In this document: positions 37,169 to 49,774 of the stretch, piece after piece
Layout: every line of letters begins with the position of its first letter
Numbering within the stretch: position 1 is the stretch's first letter
Assembly: GCA_010015805.1 (NCBI GenBank)
Contig: ML978126.1
Location: 558,001-622,000, forward strand
Length of the DNA: 64,000 bases
DNA from: Rhizodiscina lignyota
Lineage: Eukaryota
Direction: 5' to 3'
Made by a program: the position numbers and the translations under genes
Notes under the pieces: generated by a model
Databases searched by the model: none
The model's input: the letters and a program-made list of their open reading frames with translations, nothing else
What the model was told of the DNA's origin: nothing

Positions 37169-39039
37169 TTATGCGGCACCTGTTGAAGTCGAAGGACCAC
37201 CTGTGGCATCATCAGTAGCGGTGACGGTCGCTCCGCCACCTGCGTCTGGCTGATCTCGACCTTTCGCCATGCCCTTGAATTTCTCTTTCTTTAAATCTTT
37301 CCTCGCACTAGCATCTCTCTTGACGGTCTTCAGAAGGCCATTATTTTGTTCTCCCTCGGCTTCCAGATCATCCAAGGCTTCTTCCTCACTACTGCTGATG
37401 CTTGAATCGCTTTGGTTCGCTTGCGTAAAGACAATGTGGTCACCCTCCTTCTTCTTACGCTCACGTTGCTCATCCTTCATCTTGCCCATCTTCTCTGCAT
37501 CCGCTTGACAGTCGAGCGTCACAATCTTCAGACCCGGAAAATTCGCTGACATGAACTCCTTGAGAAGTGGAAGAAGCTTGGCATTAGGCCTGTAGGTGCC
37601 ACTGTCATTGTCAATGACAAGTTCGAAGTATCGCGGATCATTTGGCGGTTCGTCTCCCGGTGGTCCATTGGGAATGTCTTCTGGTGGATGTGTTGGTACT
37701 TCATCATCGTCCACATCTTGCGAGGTGGCGTGCTTGTGTTTGAGACGTCGGATGAAGAATTCTCCACTGAACGCAATATAGATGCTCACATCACTATGCA
37801 TAGTGTGCTTGCTCAACAAGTCAATGCCAAACTCCTTTCCGGTCTCGGTGAAACGGAAGAGGGCATCGAGTGTAAGGACGTAGGTGAATATTCGTCCGCC
37901 TTTATCATAGTGTACGAGGTCCAGGAACTGGCGGGTCATGTCCAATGAGTGTGAAGGGAGGACTCCGTAGATAGAGTTTCTGTCGTACGTGTACACACGC
38001 GCGTGTTGATGGTGCAGAGTTTTGCTGAGAAGGAAGCCTCTAATGCCCTTCGCGGTGAACATCCCTTTGACGAATGGCTTGAACTCAACATATCGATGGT
38101 ACATTTGCCACGGTATTGGGCCGGTCAACTGCATCTGATTGGCTTGGAAGCTGGAGAGTAGATATCAGCATATGAGCCGGGGTGGTTTCCTGAATGTTAA
38201 TCTTACTTGTATTTCTGGACCCTCTTCTGCTCTGTGGCAGAATCAGGGGTTTGCTCATTGTCCGCGTCCCTCATACCGACGAAGCGGCCCAGCATAGGCG
38301 AGTAATGTCGGACAAACCAATTTGGTCCAGCGGTGTACACCCTTCCACCTTGATCGTCCTGTGTTCTTCCCAGAAGTTTGATGGACACATAGAGAAATCC
38401 ATTCATGTGCTTCGCCGTACCAATGCACGCTGCGAATATCCTCACGAAATATGCTCTCTTGCTTCCAGACCGCTTCTTGACTTTGTATCCCTCGTTCTCC
38501 AATCCTCTCCAATTCTCGCTCAATGAAGGAACAACAATATGCGCATTCCCTAATCGGTCATCGTGAGTCGCTGGGTCCTCGTCGTATATCCGTGCCTTCA
38601 GCTTGAAACCGCTCGCCGGGACATTCGCAATTATCCAATCGGTATTCCACTCAGGGTCCGTACTCTTTCGTATTGTAGGAGTTCGCAATTGCAGAGGCGG
38701 GTCTTCTTTATGTCTGGTCGGAAGATCCGTATACAATTGCGCAATTATATAAGGGTCGGAGGAGAGCGAATTGACGTCCGCCATGGGCAGGTTCGTCGCT
38801 CTGTGGAAGGTAATCTGGATCGTGTAACCTGGCGGAGCCCTTGGAAGCGGCGTCTGGTCGAAGCCGCCAGCTGGCTGGTCGTCCTTTGGCTTCTCATCCT
38901 GCGGTGGAGAATTTGGCGGTTCCTCGCGTGTCGTCCCCTCCATGTCGCGTTTCTCCGCATTACCGTTTGTTTGGGGCTCTTCAGCTGGTGGGCCACTCGG
39001 GGCTGGAACAGCGTCGGCGTTTTCTGACTCCGACGCCAT
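37169..39039 (-). CDS. C2-domain protein with an uncharacterised C-terminal domain, 2 exons
   Basis: C2 motifs ITFHRATNLPMADVNSLSSDPY, TIRKSTDPEWN, IYDEDPATHDDRLG; intron ~38206-38151 (GTAAGA...TCCAG). Confidence 0.88.
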
Positions 39040-39684
39040 AGTTACAAGTAAGGGTGCTGTTTGATAAGGCGTTCGGAGGGAGTAAATGGTTAATTAAAGG
39101 GAGACGGAACATAGAAGGAACATAGGATGACGGCAAAGGGGCAATTGAATGGCTGGAAGCTCTATCGAGGCGATGCAGGTCTGCGCGTGCGACAGTTGGA
39201 AAGTTGGCTAAGGCGACGTTAGTGGCGTTAGTGACGATCTTGGCAAGCTTGTTTCGATGCAGCCAATCAGGCCCAAAGCTGACGTGGTCTACGGGTCTCT
39301 TAGTGGCACAAACTGCGCTCTCCCCAGCTCGAGTTGTTGTGAGATTGCATCATAGTTAATCTATTTACGAGTGCAGCTACCCCAGAAACGTGCAGCGCTA
39401 TGCCAAACCAAGGTAGCCAAAATGGGAAATGCGAAAATCAAGACCTCCTAACCCTTTCCGTTCCTTTTGCGAAATTGTTGTTCTTCAATTGAAAAGCAGA
39501 AACAGAACGCTCACACCCAAACTCAGCTGACGGCTCCAAAGTGCTGGTGAGTAAAGCCAAGAACTAGCCAAGCAACAGTAAGATTACGATACCGGCAGGG
39601 GACCCCAGATGTTGCCCTTAAAACTATCGATAGCTCTTTCAAGTACTAAGGCTCTGTCATTGCCTCCACGACTTGAGAGATGCA

Positions 39685-40951
39685 TCAGCGCTCCTTACGC
39701 GGAGTTTCCAACCGGTGAGGCTCTCCAAGGTCTTCCATCATCACTTGTCCCGCCTCTTCACCACCTCGTCTCTTCTTGTGCAGGAGTTCGGCAATCTCGC
39801 TTGGGTATTTCCAAATATACACGAGCATTACAGCGAGCATGAGCACTGCGTCGAAGACATAAAGGAACACCTCGTTCCTCAGCAAATATCCGTTGTTGCC
39901 CATGGCATATTCGATGACCCTGAATACGGAGCGGATCATGATGAGCGTGTTCGTAGCGTAGAGCACATACATGTGGCTCCGCCAGGGCATGGACTGCGAA
40001 GCCGCCGTCGGCATTTTACTTAATCGAAGATGGAATATTATTCCGGTGACGATGAAGAGGGCGAATACGATGACTTGGACCAGAAGGCCCCCAAGGATAA
40101 CGTCCTCTCCGAGCTTCACATTGGACGGATTGGTCTTGCCGGTGGATTGAATGCCGCCTCCTGCTCAGATGTCAGCAAATTGCAACGGGATCTCGTTTGG
40201 ATATTCAGTGATTTCCAGGGCACGCTGGGAAAGGATATGCTCCTTCTGATGTGCATGGTGAAACATTTGGTTGCATAGTTCCACTAAGTTTGAACAGACA
40301 TCTCTCCCACTCGAACTGTTGGACAGCTGGGCGTTTTGATAGAGGGGAAGCCATCTCAATCACGCCGTAACAATGGAGGATTTTCATGAAGTGGTGCACT
40401 CACCCGCGCCCTGGAGCAAGAAACAAGTAACGTCGCCGCTGACGAAAATTTTCGTGAGGAATCTTCTCTTGATGATGGAATGGGAGTCCCCATCGACCAA
40501 GAGGATGATCCGACCAAGCATCATGTACCTGTTCCGTCTGGTTAGTGCATACTGCGTGCCCCTGTTTTGCACTGAAGACGAACATAGATGCGGCGAACAA
40601 CGCAGGCGCGAGAAGCAAGAGAAGCGACTGAATGATGTACGGCCCAAGAGTCCAATTCGGTGATTGAGTCGAGTTTATAACACGGCCGATATATCCAATC
40701 CACTCGACTAGTTTAACATCTCGGTTAGCCATTGATTTGGGGCAAACTCCACGTTGGATGTGTAAAGGAGAAATCAGCGTACAACAGCCGCCTATCACGA
40801 AGGCAATGAAGAACCAAGTCCTCGTCCTAAACATCTTGTATACGTGGAAACCCGTGGCCAATGCAAACAGGACAATGAAGAGTACAGCAGCACCCTTATT
40901 GGGGTAATAGCGGTACTCTGACCAAGATGCCGTCTTGTAGTCTGTACCCAT
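39685..40951 (-). CDS. RTA1-like (lipid-translocating exporter family) membrane protein, 4 exons
   Basis: YRYYP, EWIGYIGR, GPYIIQSLLLLLAPALFAAS, TKIFVSGDV..LLQGAGGG, GGLLVQ, IRSVFRVIEY.MG..GYL..EVFLYVFDA. Confidence 0.92.
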
Positions 40952-41518
40952 AATGAAAGATCTCTCGATTGGAAGTTTTCGATTTGGAATCTCAGAGTGA
41001 CAAGGTGTAAATGCCAAATGGCACGCGAGGAGATGCAATAGTGAAGTATCCAATTGGTGAGATCATGAAAAGAGAGGCCTGTGAGACAGGAGTATCCTTA
41101 TACCACGGCTTCTACCCAGCATTGTTGACATACTGCCGCTCTTTATGACACGCAATTCCGCCGGCCTTAGGCCCGTTGCTCGTACCTGAAGTACGAGCGG
41201 GTGGGGAACGAATGCGACATACATGGAGAGTGCCGCCAAGGCGTAAAGCTCGTTTCATTTACCTAGATCGGGGTTTAGGCGCCTGCAGTGACAAATTATG
41301 TGCAGCGCGACAAATGAGCTGCATGTATTGAAAACAAGCTATTCCTTACTAGTATGCTGCCAAATTACCCTACTTCGTACTCGCTTTCGTACGTACACGC
41401 ACCCAGTGGGCGGAATTCGAGGCTCAGCCCCAGTACCAGATCGCGAACAGGAGAGGCAGGTAGCCGTTAAGCCGACTTTCTTAACTACTGCCAATCACAT
41501 ACGTCTGTCGCTGGCTCA

Positions 41519-43085
41519 ATGGCGCCTCGTCTCGGTCACAAGAAGTCCAGGAATGGTTGCGTTTCATGCAAGAGACGGAGAGTGAAGGTACAGTCTACCA
41601 CTTCCTTCTATCAACCCCTTTAGTTTGGCCGCGTGTATTCGTCCTTTCGCACTCTCTTTCGCATTATGAACTACTTCTGGAAAATGTTCGGCATGTTGTT
41701 GATCGTACCCCTTGGTTGATGCACTGTCAGAGTGCAGAGACATGGTTTCTATGCCGCCTTGATAGAGTTTCATATTCACCACATGCTCAACACACCACAA
41801 TCGCAACATACATGAGACTCCCAGCTGATTTTCTTTGCATTGCGACGAGAACATCCCATGCGGAGCATGTACGAGGTAAGATAGATATTCCGTGATGCAA
41901 ACTTGAAACTTAGAACTGTGCTAATTTGCTCCCCATTATTATCTTAGATATGGCTGGGAATGCTCTCTCATCCTTCGTCGTAGCCCAGCAGCGGCTACTC
42001 CTATGGCAGAAGGAAGCAGCAATGAAGTCTCAATAAGCCAACCGACTCCTCCGACGGAGCCAAAGGACTCTCCAGACGATTCACACATCTCATCACACCG
42101 AGATGAGACTCCGCAAATCGCGCCAGACCACTGGCTTCAAGATCTGGAACTACTGCATCAATATTGCACCAGCACTTACCGCACCTTGAGCGGCAGAAAC
42201 GACGTACACGATATGTGGCAGATCATCATACCTCGGATCGCCTTCTCCTGCGACTTTCTCATGCATGGCTTACTCGCTCTATCCGCTTTACACCTCGCTC
42301 ACCTCCAGCAATACAAACGACGACGGTACTATATCATCTCTACGTACCACCAGAATCTAGCGATAGGCGGATTCCGCTCCGCTTTACCAAATGTGACGCA
42401 GCAGAGTGCCGATAGCGTGATGGTCTCTGCAATCATCATTGCACTCTTTGCATTTGCATCGTCAGCGATGAAGTCCACCGACCCCAATGAGAGCTTCACC
42501 CTGAACGAAGTTGCGGAGCTGCTTGTGCTCGTACGCGGCATTGAAGATACACTGGCCGCTGGCAACACTCGAAGATGGGTCTACGAAGGCCCACTGGCGT
42601 CTATGCTTATGGTGCCGGGAGGGGACCGCGCGAATCCAACCACCTCTGCGAAAGACAGGGAGATCTTTTCCACACACTTTGCCGAGGTCCAGAAGCTTAT
42701 CGACCGAAGGAAAGATGATTTTCCACCAGAAGTAGTCGCGTCACTGAACGAGGGCCTCGTCGAGCTAGAGAGAACGTACGAAGTCATGCTAAAGTCGAAT
42801 CCGGTCATGAATTCGGGATATATCATGCGGTGGCCGAACGTCATTTCGATGGACTTCCTGTTCCTTATCCAACAACGGAACCCAATTGCTCTGATCATCT
42901 TGTCCTTATTCTGCGCCATGCTCCATTACCACGAGGACCGCTGGATCTGGTATCAATGGCCAGCGAGAGTGATAGATCTGTCGAGACAATCGCTGGATCC
43001 GGAGTGGCATAAGTGGATAGAATGGCCGAAGGATGTCGCCGCGAAGAACATGAAGTATATTAATAACGAGCACTATGGATCATGA
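41519..43085 (+). CDS. Zn2Cys6 transcription factor, Upc2-like architecture; exons 41519-41587, 41841-41875, 41948-43085 (first acceptor non-canonical)
   Basis: MAPRLGHKKSRNGCVSCKRRRVK|CDENIPCGACTR|YGWEC; DLELLHQY, FLMHGLLALSALHL, P.ALIIL..F. Confidence 0.85.
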
Positions 43086-43295
43086 GAGGGCTTGGGTGGT
43101 GCTCGGAGTTGGAGGGAAATCGGGTTGCACATATCCGGCATGAGACACGAGTTTTATTCGACCAAGGTGGATAGCAGGCGCTGGATATTTTCATTTTGAG
43201 CGATCAAATGTTGATCTACCGAGGGTATCGAAGCCCTAAATGATCCCCAACTCCAAGCTGTATACTCTGTGGATACGAAATGCGTCAACTGAAAC

Positions 43296-46200
43296 TCACG
43301 CCTGCTTCTCCAAAGCCTGTTTCACGACAGGCGACTTCTCTTCTTGCACATCCTGAGCAATTAGTTTCAGGAGCTTTTCCTTAAGTTCTGGTTTCCAGGT
43401 CACGCCTGCCACAGCTTGCACCGCCTGAGCTCTCTTCAAGCGAAATGCTTCAGGGGCAGATGCGTATCTCTCGAGACTTAGAAGCTCCCAAAGCTTGCTC
43501 TGCAAGGCTTCTTCATTCAGGGTCGACGTGGCGAGCTTATCAAGCACCTCTCGCGTTAGCTTCGGAGCAAACTTCTTGACAGAGTCGAAAGTCGCCGACG
43601 CTATTGTTCGAGAGTGAATTGCATTCGCCTTGGCAGCTGTTTTGAGGAAGCTCGATACTGTTTCCGAGGCATCTGCTACAGGTTAGACTGGAAGTGGCTG
43701 AAATAGTGGAGACATCCGACGTACCCTTTTCTGTCAACAGCGCCGGGCGCATGCAGTCTTCAACGGCTTCCACGGCAACCGCAAGGGTCTTTTCACGCCT
43801 GAGGATTCGTCAGTGTGTGGCTTGTCATAGATTCCAGACTGTACTTACAAATTTGCGGTCATCTTCTTTTCAGTAGTGTCGTCGACATCCATAGCATCCT
43901 CTTCGGTAGTTGAAAGGTCTTCAACAACCGGCGTCACAATGTCGAAGACGGTGTTGATCATTGAGACATCGGCCCGAGCAGCCGCAACTCGACCAAGGCC
44001 TTGGAGGGCGAATGGTCGGTATGTAATGTTCTGACGTTTCGCTTCTCGAACGATAATCTATCAAGAATGTGTTAGCTGCCGCCGAAATTCTTCAATCTGA
44101 GTGATTTAAAGTTTACCTTGTTGATCTCAGAGGCTACTGTAGTCTGAGCTTGCCACAATTTGGAACCCTTCTCTACAAACTTCACAAAGGCTTCAAGCAC
44201 CACCTCCTTTCCTTCCCACGTCTTCCCGCTCATTGCCTTTACCAAGGCAGGCCAGATAATCTCTGCACTCGCTAAACTCATTGGCTCTGCAGATGAAGCA
44301 ACAGAGTCTATAGCATCAGCAATAGATCGCGCCGACGCGTGCTTAAGAACCCAACGGGGCGAGTCGAGGTGCGCTTGCGAAAGAGCCACAATTTCCTTTA
44401 AGTAGAGCAGAACAGCTCTCGAGCCGCCGACGCCCTCATCCCAAGCCTTTTGGAAGAGCTCCTTCACTTGGTCACTGCTATCATGCTTCGCAATAAAGAC
44501 GAAAGGCAATATGTCGGCTCCAAGAGCTGCAAACCTATCGGTAGCATGTTTCGCAACAGCATGAAGGAGATCACCCGCGGCAATCCGATGCTTTTCGTCT
44601 TCGGCGTCGAAGTAGAAGCGTTTAGCGGTGTCTGCTAGCTGGAGGATTTGTTCATCCGACGCGACTCTTGAGACGTAGCCAGCTGCTTCGGCATAGGACA
44701 CAGCAACTGTATCATTGCGGTCGGTCAGGTGCCGCTCTGTCAACTTCAGGAATCGGTCTGCGTAAGGCCGGAATAATTGGTTATGTCTTGTGCTCATCGA
44801 TACCAGGACACGAGTGCATGCAACCTGACTGGGTAGACCGAGGGCCGTCTTGATCGCGTTCTCTAATTTGGGTGCCAGCTGCTCCATCGTTGGGTCATCG
44901 AGTAGGTCCAGGCACCGCTCCGTGGCTTCCATGAGAGGGCTTTGCCGAACAGCCATGAGTCGCATATCATCGATCTTTTGCTCTGTTACCTTGTACTTGG
45001 AGGCATTGAGGCGCAAGTAATTCACGATTTGATTCTCCAAGGAACTGAAGAGGGTAAGAAGTTGTTCCACAAGACCAGGGATGTAAGGTCGCAATATCTT
45101 TCCGCTGCTCTTCTTGATGATCTGGAGCAATGTCTCGAGCGCAAAGAATTGGACTTCTTCAGCACTGTTCTCAAGACCTGAAGATGACAGCAGGAAGGGC
45201 AAAACATGCTTAAGCATGCCATCCGCCTTCTTCGCAGCTCCCTCTCCAGCTTCAAGGGCTCGGATGAGGATCCCTGTTAAGGTGCGGGCCAAACCTGCTG
45301 CTGCCTCTCGTACTGAGCCTTTGATGTCATCTAGGACTTTGAAGCACTGGGTCCAGATTCTTCCAACGTAGGGCTCAACCTGTTCGAAAGGGCGGCCTTG
45401 GACAAGATCGGCAATTGCATCGCACGATGCTTGACGCACTCTCCATTCCTTTCCAAGGATGTTCTGAAGAAGATCTTCCATGATAGAATCAAAATTGCGC
45501 TCAATAGTTTTAGAGCTGTCCTTTACCAGTGCGTTCCATATGTCTTGCATAGACCGTCGCACATTCGAGTTTGGGTCAAATCGGTATCGATACAGCTTCG
45601 GATAAAGCTTTGGGTTCTCTGACAAGTAGCCATCCACACTGGAGTCGGAGAAAATGCTGCTTAACCCGAACCTTCCGAATGCTGCGCGACTGGACCAAAT
45701 GGAGTTGTTCGCCGCTAGTGACATGAATCGATACACTAAACTTGGGTTTCCGACTTCTGCCGCAAGGCTCAGGATGTCTTTGTATGTCGTAATAGAACCA
45801 TCACCAGTTGGCAATGCTCCGGCGTCGAACAATTGCGTGTCTTCCGTTACATTTCCGGACAGTTGCGCTTTGTTATCGGTGAAAGATCCAACCAGATCTC
45901 GGACCAAGTCATCCTTCAGTTCACGGTCACCTTTTTCATACACAAGTCCCAATCCTCTTGAAGCTGCCTCTTGTACAAGCTCTTCGCGATCGGATAGGCA
46001 GTTCTTAAACGCTGCCTGACATGCCCTGAGCTGAGTTTTAATTTCCGGGCGATGACCGCAGAACTGTACTAGACATAGAAGCCAAATGACAGCGGCCCTC
46101 CGAAGAGATGGTTTTGATGCCTTACAGTCTGAGATGACACGATCAAAGACGCGTGCTAGAATTGGTGTGCGATCGGGGGTCGTGGGAAGAGGCCCATCGA

Positions 46201-49200
46201 TGTCGTGCTTCGGCGCCAGGGCACTTGAGTCCCAACCGCAAACCAAATAGCTCAGTGCTTCACCGACTGAAAATTGCGTTTCGGTCTCCCGAACCTCATG
46301 CAGAGCATAGAGCGCATTTTCGATACGATCAAGGTTGGCATCATCTTGCCCGTCTCGTTCGGCAAAGATCAGAGAAAATTTGCCCAGCGCCAGAATGGCT
46401 CTCTCATTTCCTTTACGTGCAGCCTCAGATAACTTCGTAATAACGGTTGGAATAGGTGCGACTTTTGTGACTGAAGGCATGGTGATGGCGTTATACGCCG
46501 AGAGTTGACCGAGCGCGGTGTAGCTGGCGTCTTTAAGCGTGTTATCGTGCGAGTCTTGAAGCACCTGAAGCACCAGTGCAAGATTCTTGGTGAGGCTATC
46601 TTTAACTTCGTTCCCAAGTCCACGGTATGTCATTCTGCTGATAGCGTAGCTTGTGGCTACTATGGACCCATGGATCTCATTAACTGTAGCGCCAACAGCA
46701 TCTCGCCAGTGCTCTGCTTGTCTGAGATGTTGGTTGAGATCATCCAATACCTTGGCCGTCGAGAGGGTCTTCGTTTTCCGGAGTAGCGAAATGATAAGCC
46801 CAAAGGCATGCGCGGCGCTGGTCCTGCGGAGTCGGTCATTTGAATGGATCAATTGGCTCAAATGAGGTAGATCGTCCTGCAGATTCAATTGTTCGAGAAT
46901 CGCGTCTGGAGCAATGGTAAGGAGCTCAGTAAAGGTACTGGCCAACTCCGCTGTTGCCTCTCCTGCCTTTGAAAAAGCAACTTCGGAAGCTAATTTGAAC
47001 AAGACTCGAATTGCATACTGGGACTCTGGGCCGTGGATCCAAGCTGTCCTCAAGTAGGCTCTAACACCTTCTCGTGCGTTCAAAGAACCCTCCAAAGCAG
47101 AATCCAGTTTCTTGGCCCAGTCTGCTCCCTTTAAATCAGGTAGCAAGTCAGCGTCCCTCAATGCCTCGGCTAGCATTAATTGACGCAGGTATCTCAATAG
47201 TGGACCCATTGCGGGTCCGCAATGAGTCTTCAGTTGATGTATAACTTTATGTGTTGACGCAAGGTCGGCTGTGACGTCTGTGTCGAGGTCCATGTCCGTC
47301 GTACTCTTTGAGTATTTACGAAGTTCGTCGCGCTTAGAAATCTCCCGTAGACGTTTTGTAACCGTCTGCACAAACGCTTCATATCTGGGAAGGAACTCTT
47401 CAGTGGCTTCTGTGCGTCCTTCTAGCGCTGATATGGCTATTGAATCAGCATTCATTGATCGAAACCAATAAGGATCAAGGCCCTTCTGGGCTTCATCTAG
47501 CACTTCTGGCGCTGCGCCTGCGCCAAGCGCCAGAATGTCGATCCAGCGAGCGTCCAAATTGTGATAAGGTAGGCATCTGTTCGCATACCGGAGCGCAATG
47601 TACCGGCCAGATCTAATTTTAGCAGCTTCCAGCGGTTCAGAATCCTCGTCCAAGTCCATGTCTTGCTCAAGCAGAAAATCAACGTTCTTCGATAGTTCGG
47701 TGATCCTGGCGGCGATTGAAGTAATAGTGAAAGTATTAGCTTCATCTGGTTGACTATGCTGTATCAAGAGATCTACGAGGCGCTCTTGGGTCTCTTTATT
47801 GGTCTTATCCACCTCGAAATACCGCATCATTATGAGTAAGGCTTCTTGAATGCCTAGTGCAGTTTCGGCACCGGAGGTATCTGTAACAAGAGAGTCCAGT
47901 AGGAAGTTGAGCACGACAAAGGCTGACTCCGATGTCACGGATACAGCCGCTGCAGATCCAATAACTTCGTAGGCTTGCCGTCGGAGGTTCACGTCAGCGT
48001 TGTCATCGGGTCTTGGCCAGGCTTGGTGTTTCAGGACCATCATGAAATAATAGATGACTCTGTCAGGGTTGAATGTCGATTTCCGAGCCTGTGCGCTTCG
48101 AATGGAAGATGTGGCAAACTTCACAGTCGCCAAGCGTAATTTGGTTAATTCTCGCTGTGGTTGAGAACCAGTGCTTTTGTCGCCAAGCTCGTGTTGGCCA
48201 TCGGGATAGAGCCCTTCGGCAATTATGACCTCTACCATTTCAGGATCATCAACGATTGCGGATGACCTCGTAAGGTATGATAAGGCCCTGAGCTTAAGGG
48301 GGACCGATGGTATCCCGACAGGTGCACCGGGCCGTCTATGCGCACAATTAGTGATTTGACTTGGCAGTACATGAAAGACATGAGCTTCTACGCACCTGAA
48401 GCTGTAGAGCAGGTAGAGTTGATGTAAGATCTTGGGGTCTTCGAAGGACACTGCGGCTGAGGCTCTCTTCAGTATGTCTTCTGCAACGGATGTGATATCG
48501 GAATTGGCGTTGGAGGAAGCGCAAATTGCTGGGATGAAGCGTTCTTCATCACGGAACAGTCCACTCGCTAGCAATTTGACAGCCTTGATTTTCGATGCGG
48601 TTAGATTCAGTCCGTTTGGCGTACTTGGATCGAAAGCATCCCTCTTTCCGTAAAGCGAGAGAAACTTGAACTCTTCAGTTGTCAAACCAGGGCAAGGTGG
48701 ACTGCTTTCCGTAACGTTCTCATTATGTCGCAGTGGTCGGAGCAGCATGAATTTTCCAATCCAGGAAGCGACGAACCCAGCATCTTCATCTGATAAGCCA
48801 AGAGTAGACCTGAGCGTGTCATCTTGACTAGATCCTCTTGCCGGAATTGGGTAGTCTTGGAGAAGATGCAAAAAGAGATTGAATAGCTCCGATGCGTAAT
48901 CGAAAGAAGTATTGAAATCTTGACTGATTTCGTGAAGGATAACTGGAAGGGCCTCCGCTTTGGCTGCCGCATCCAAACGAGGTACGCCTTTCTGGATGAA
49001 CGTGAGGTCGAAATTGCGGACCAGCGGACTGTTGCGATGTTCTTTGACTTGCTTCAACAGCGCTGAGACGGGAAGTTTGATCGATCTATACACTTATCAG
49101 TAGATATTCATGCGCCTTTGGCTGGGACTGACTGACTGTGACTGGAGGCGAACATTGATATGTTTGCACACGCCGATGACCTTCTCCCGGACACTGGAAC

Positions 49201-49354
49201 TCTCCGACTCTAGCTTCAGCAGAAGTGGCGCTAGATATGTGCCCAGGAGGGTTTCAAGCTTGGTCTCACTCTCAGCAAGAGCAATGCGCAGTTCGACTTT
49301 CTTGAGCAGTTCAAGCTCACGTGCTTCCGTGGAGGGTTGGCGTGGCGCCGCCAT
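43296..49354 (-). CDS. ECM29: Proteasome adaptor/scaffold, HEAT-repeat protein, multi-exon
   Basis: ELELLKKVELRIALA...YLAPLLLKL, LYRYRFDPN.NV, EWRVRQASC.A, DDIKGSVR, GKTWEGKE; approximately 1.9 kaa after splicing. Confidence 0.95.
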
Positions 49355-49774
49355 GTTGAGATTACGAAGCACAAGGGGAGGAGATTTTATTTTTCAGTTC
49401 AAGGCTCTATCATGGTGTCGGAGGCGTTTTTCCAATCTACGTGATGTAGAGGCAGCACCAGGCTTAAGAATCAAGTGTGACCCAGGCAGTCGCTGTCGTA
49501 CGCGCCTGTGGCAACGAGGGTGGGTGTCCGTTACGGATGAACTGTGGTTGACGTGATCATGGGTGCGCTTCGAGGCGGCAAAGTGATTGCGACTCTCGGC
49601 GGAGTCCAGATCGGGAAGGCCAGCGCCCATAATCTGGTTGATCTAGGCACCCCTGCAGCGGGGAGCCGCACCCACGTTCTGGGTGGCTTCTAGGTGCTTC
49701 GGCATGTTCCGTCAACGTTTGACTTCTACTCAGACTTTCACCTTCGCTGTTCTGCACCTTCTTCACCACCAACA

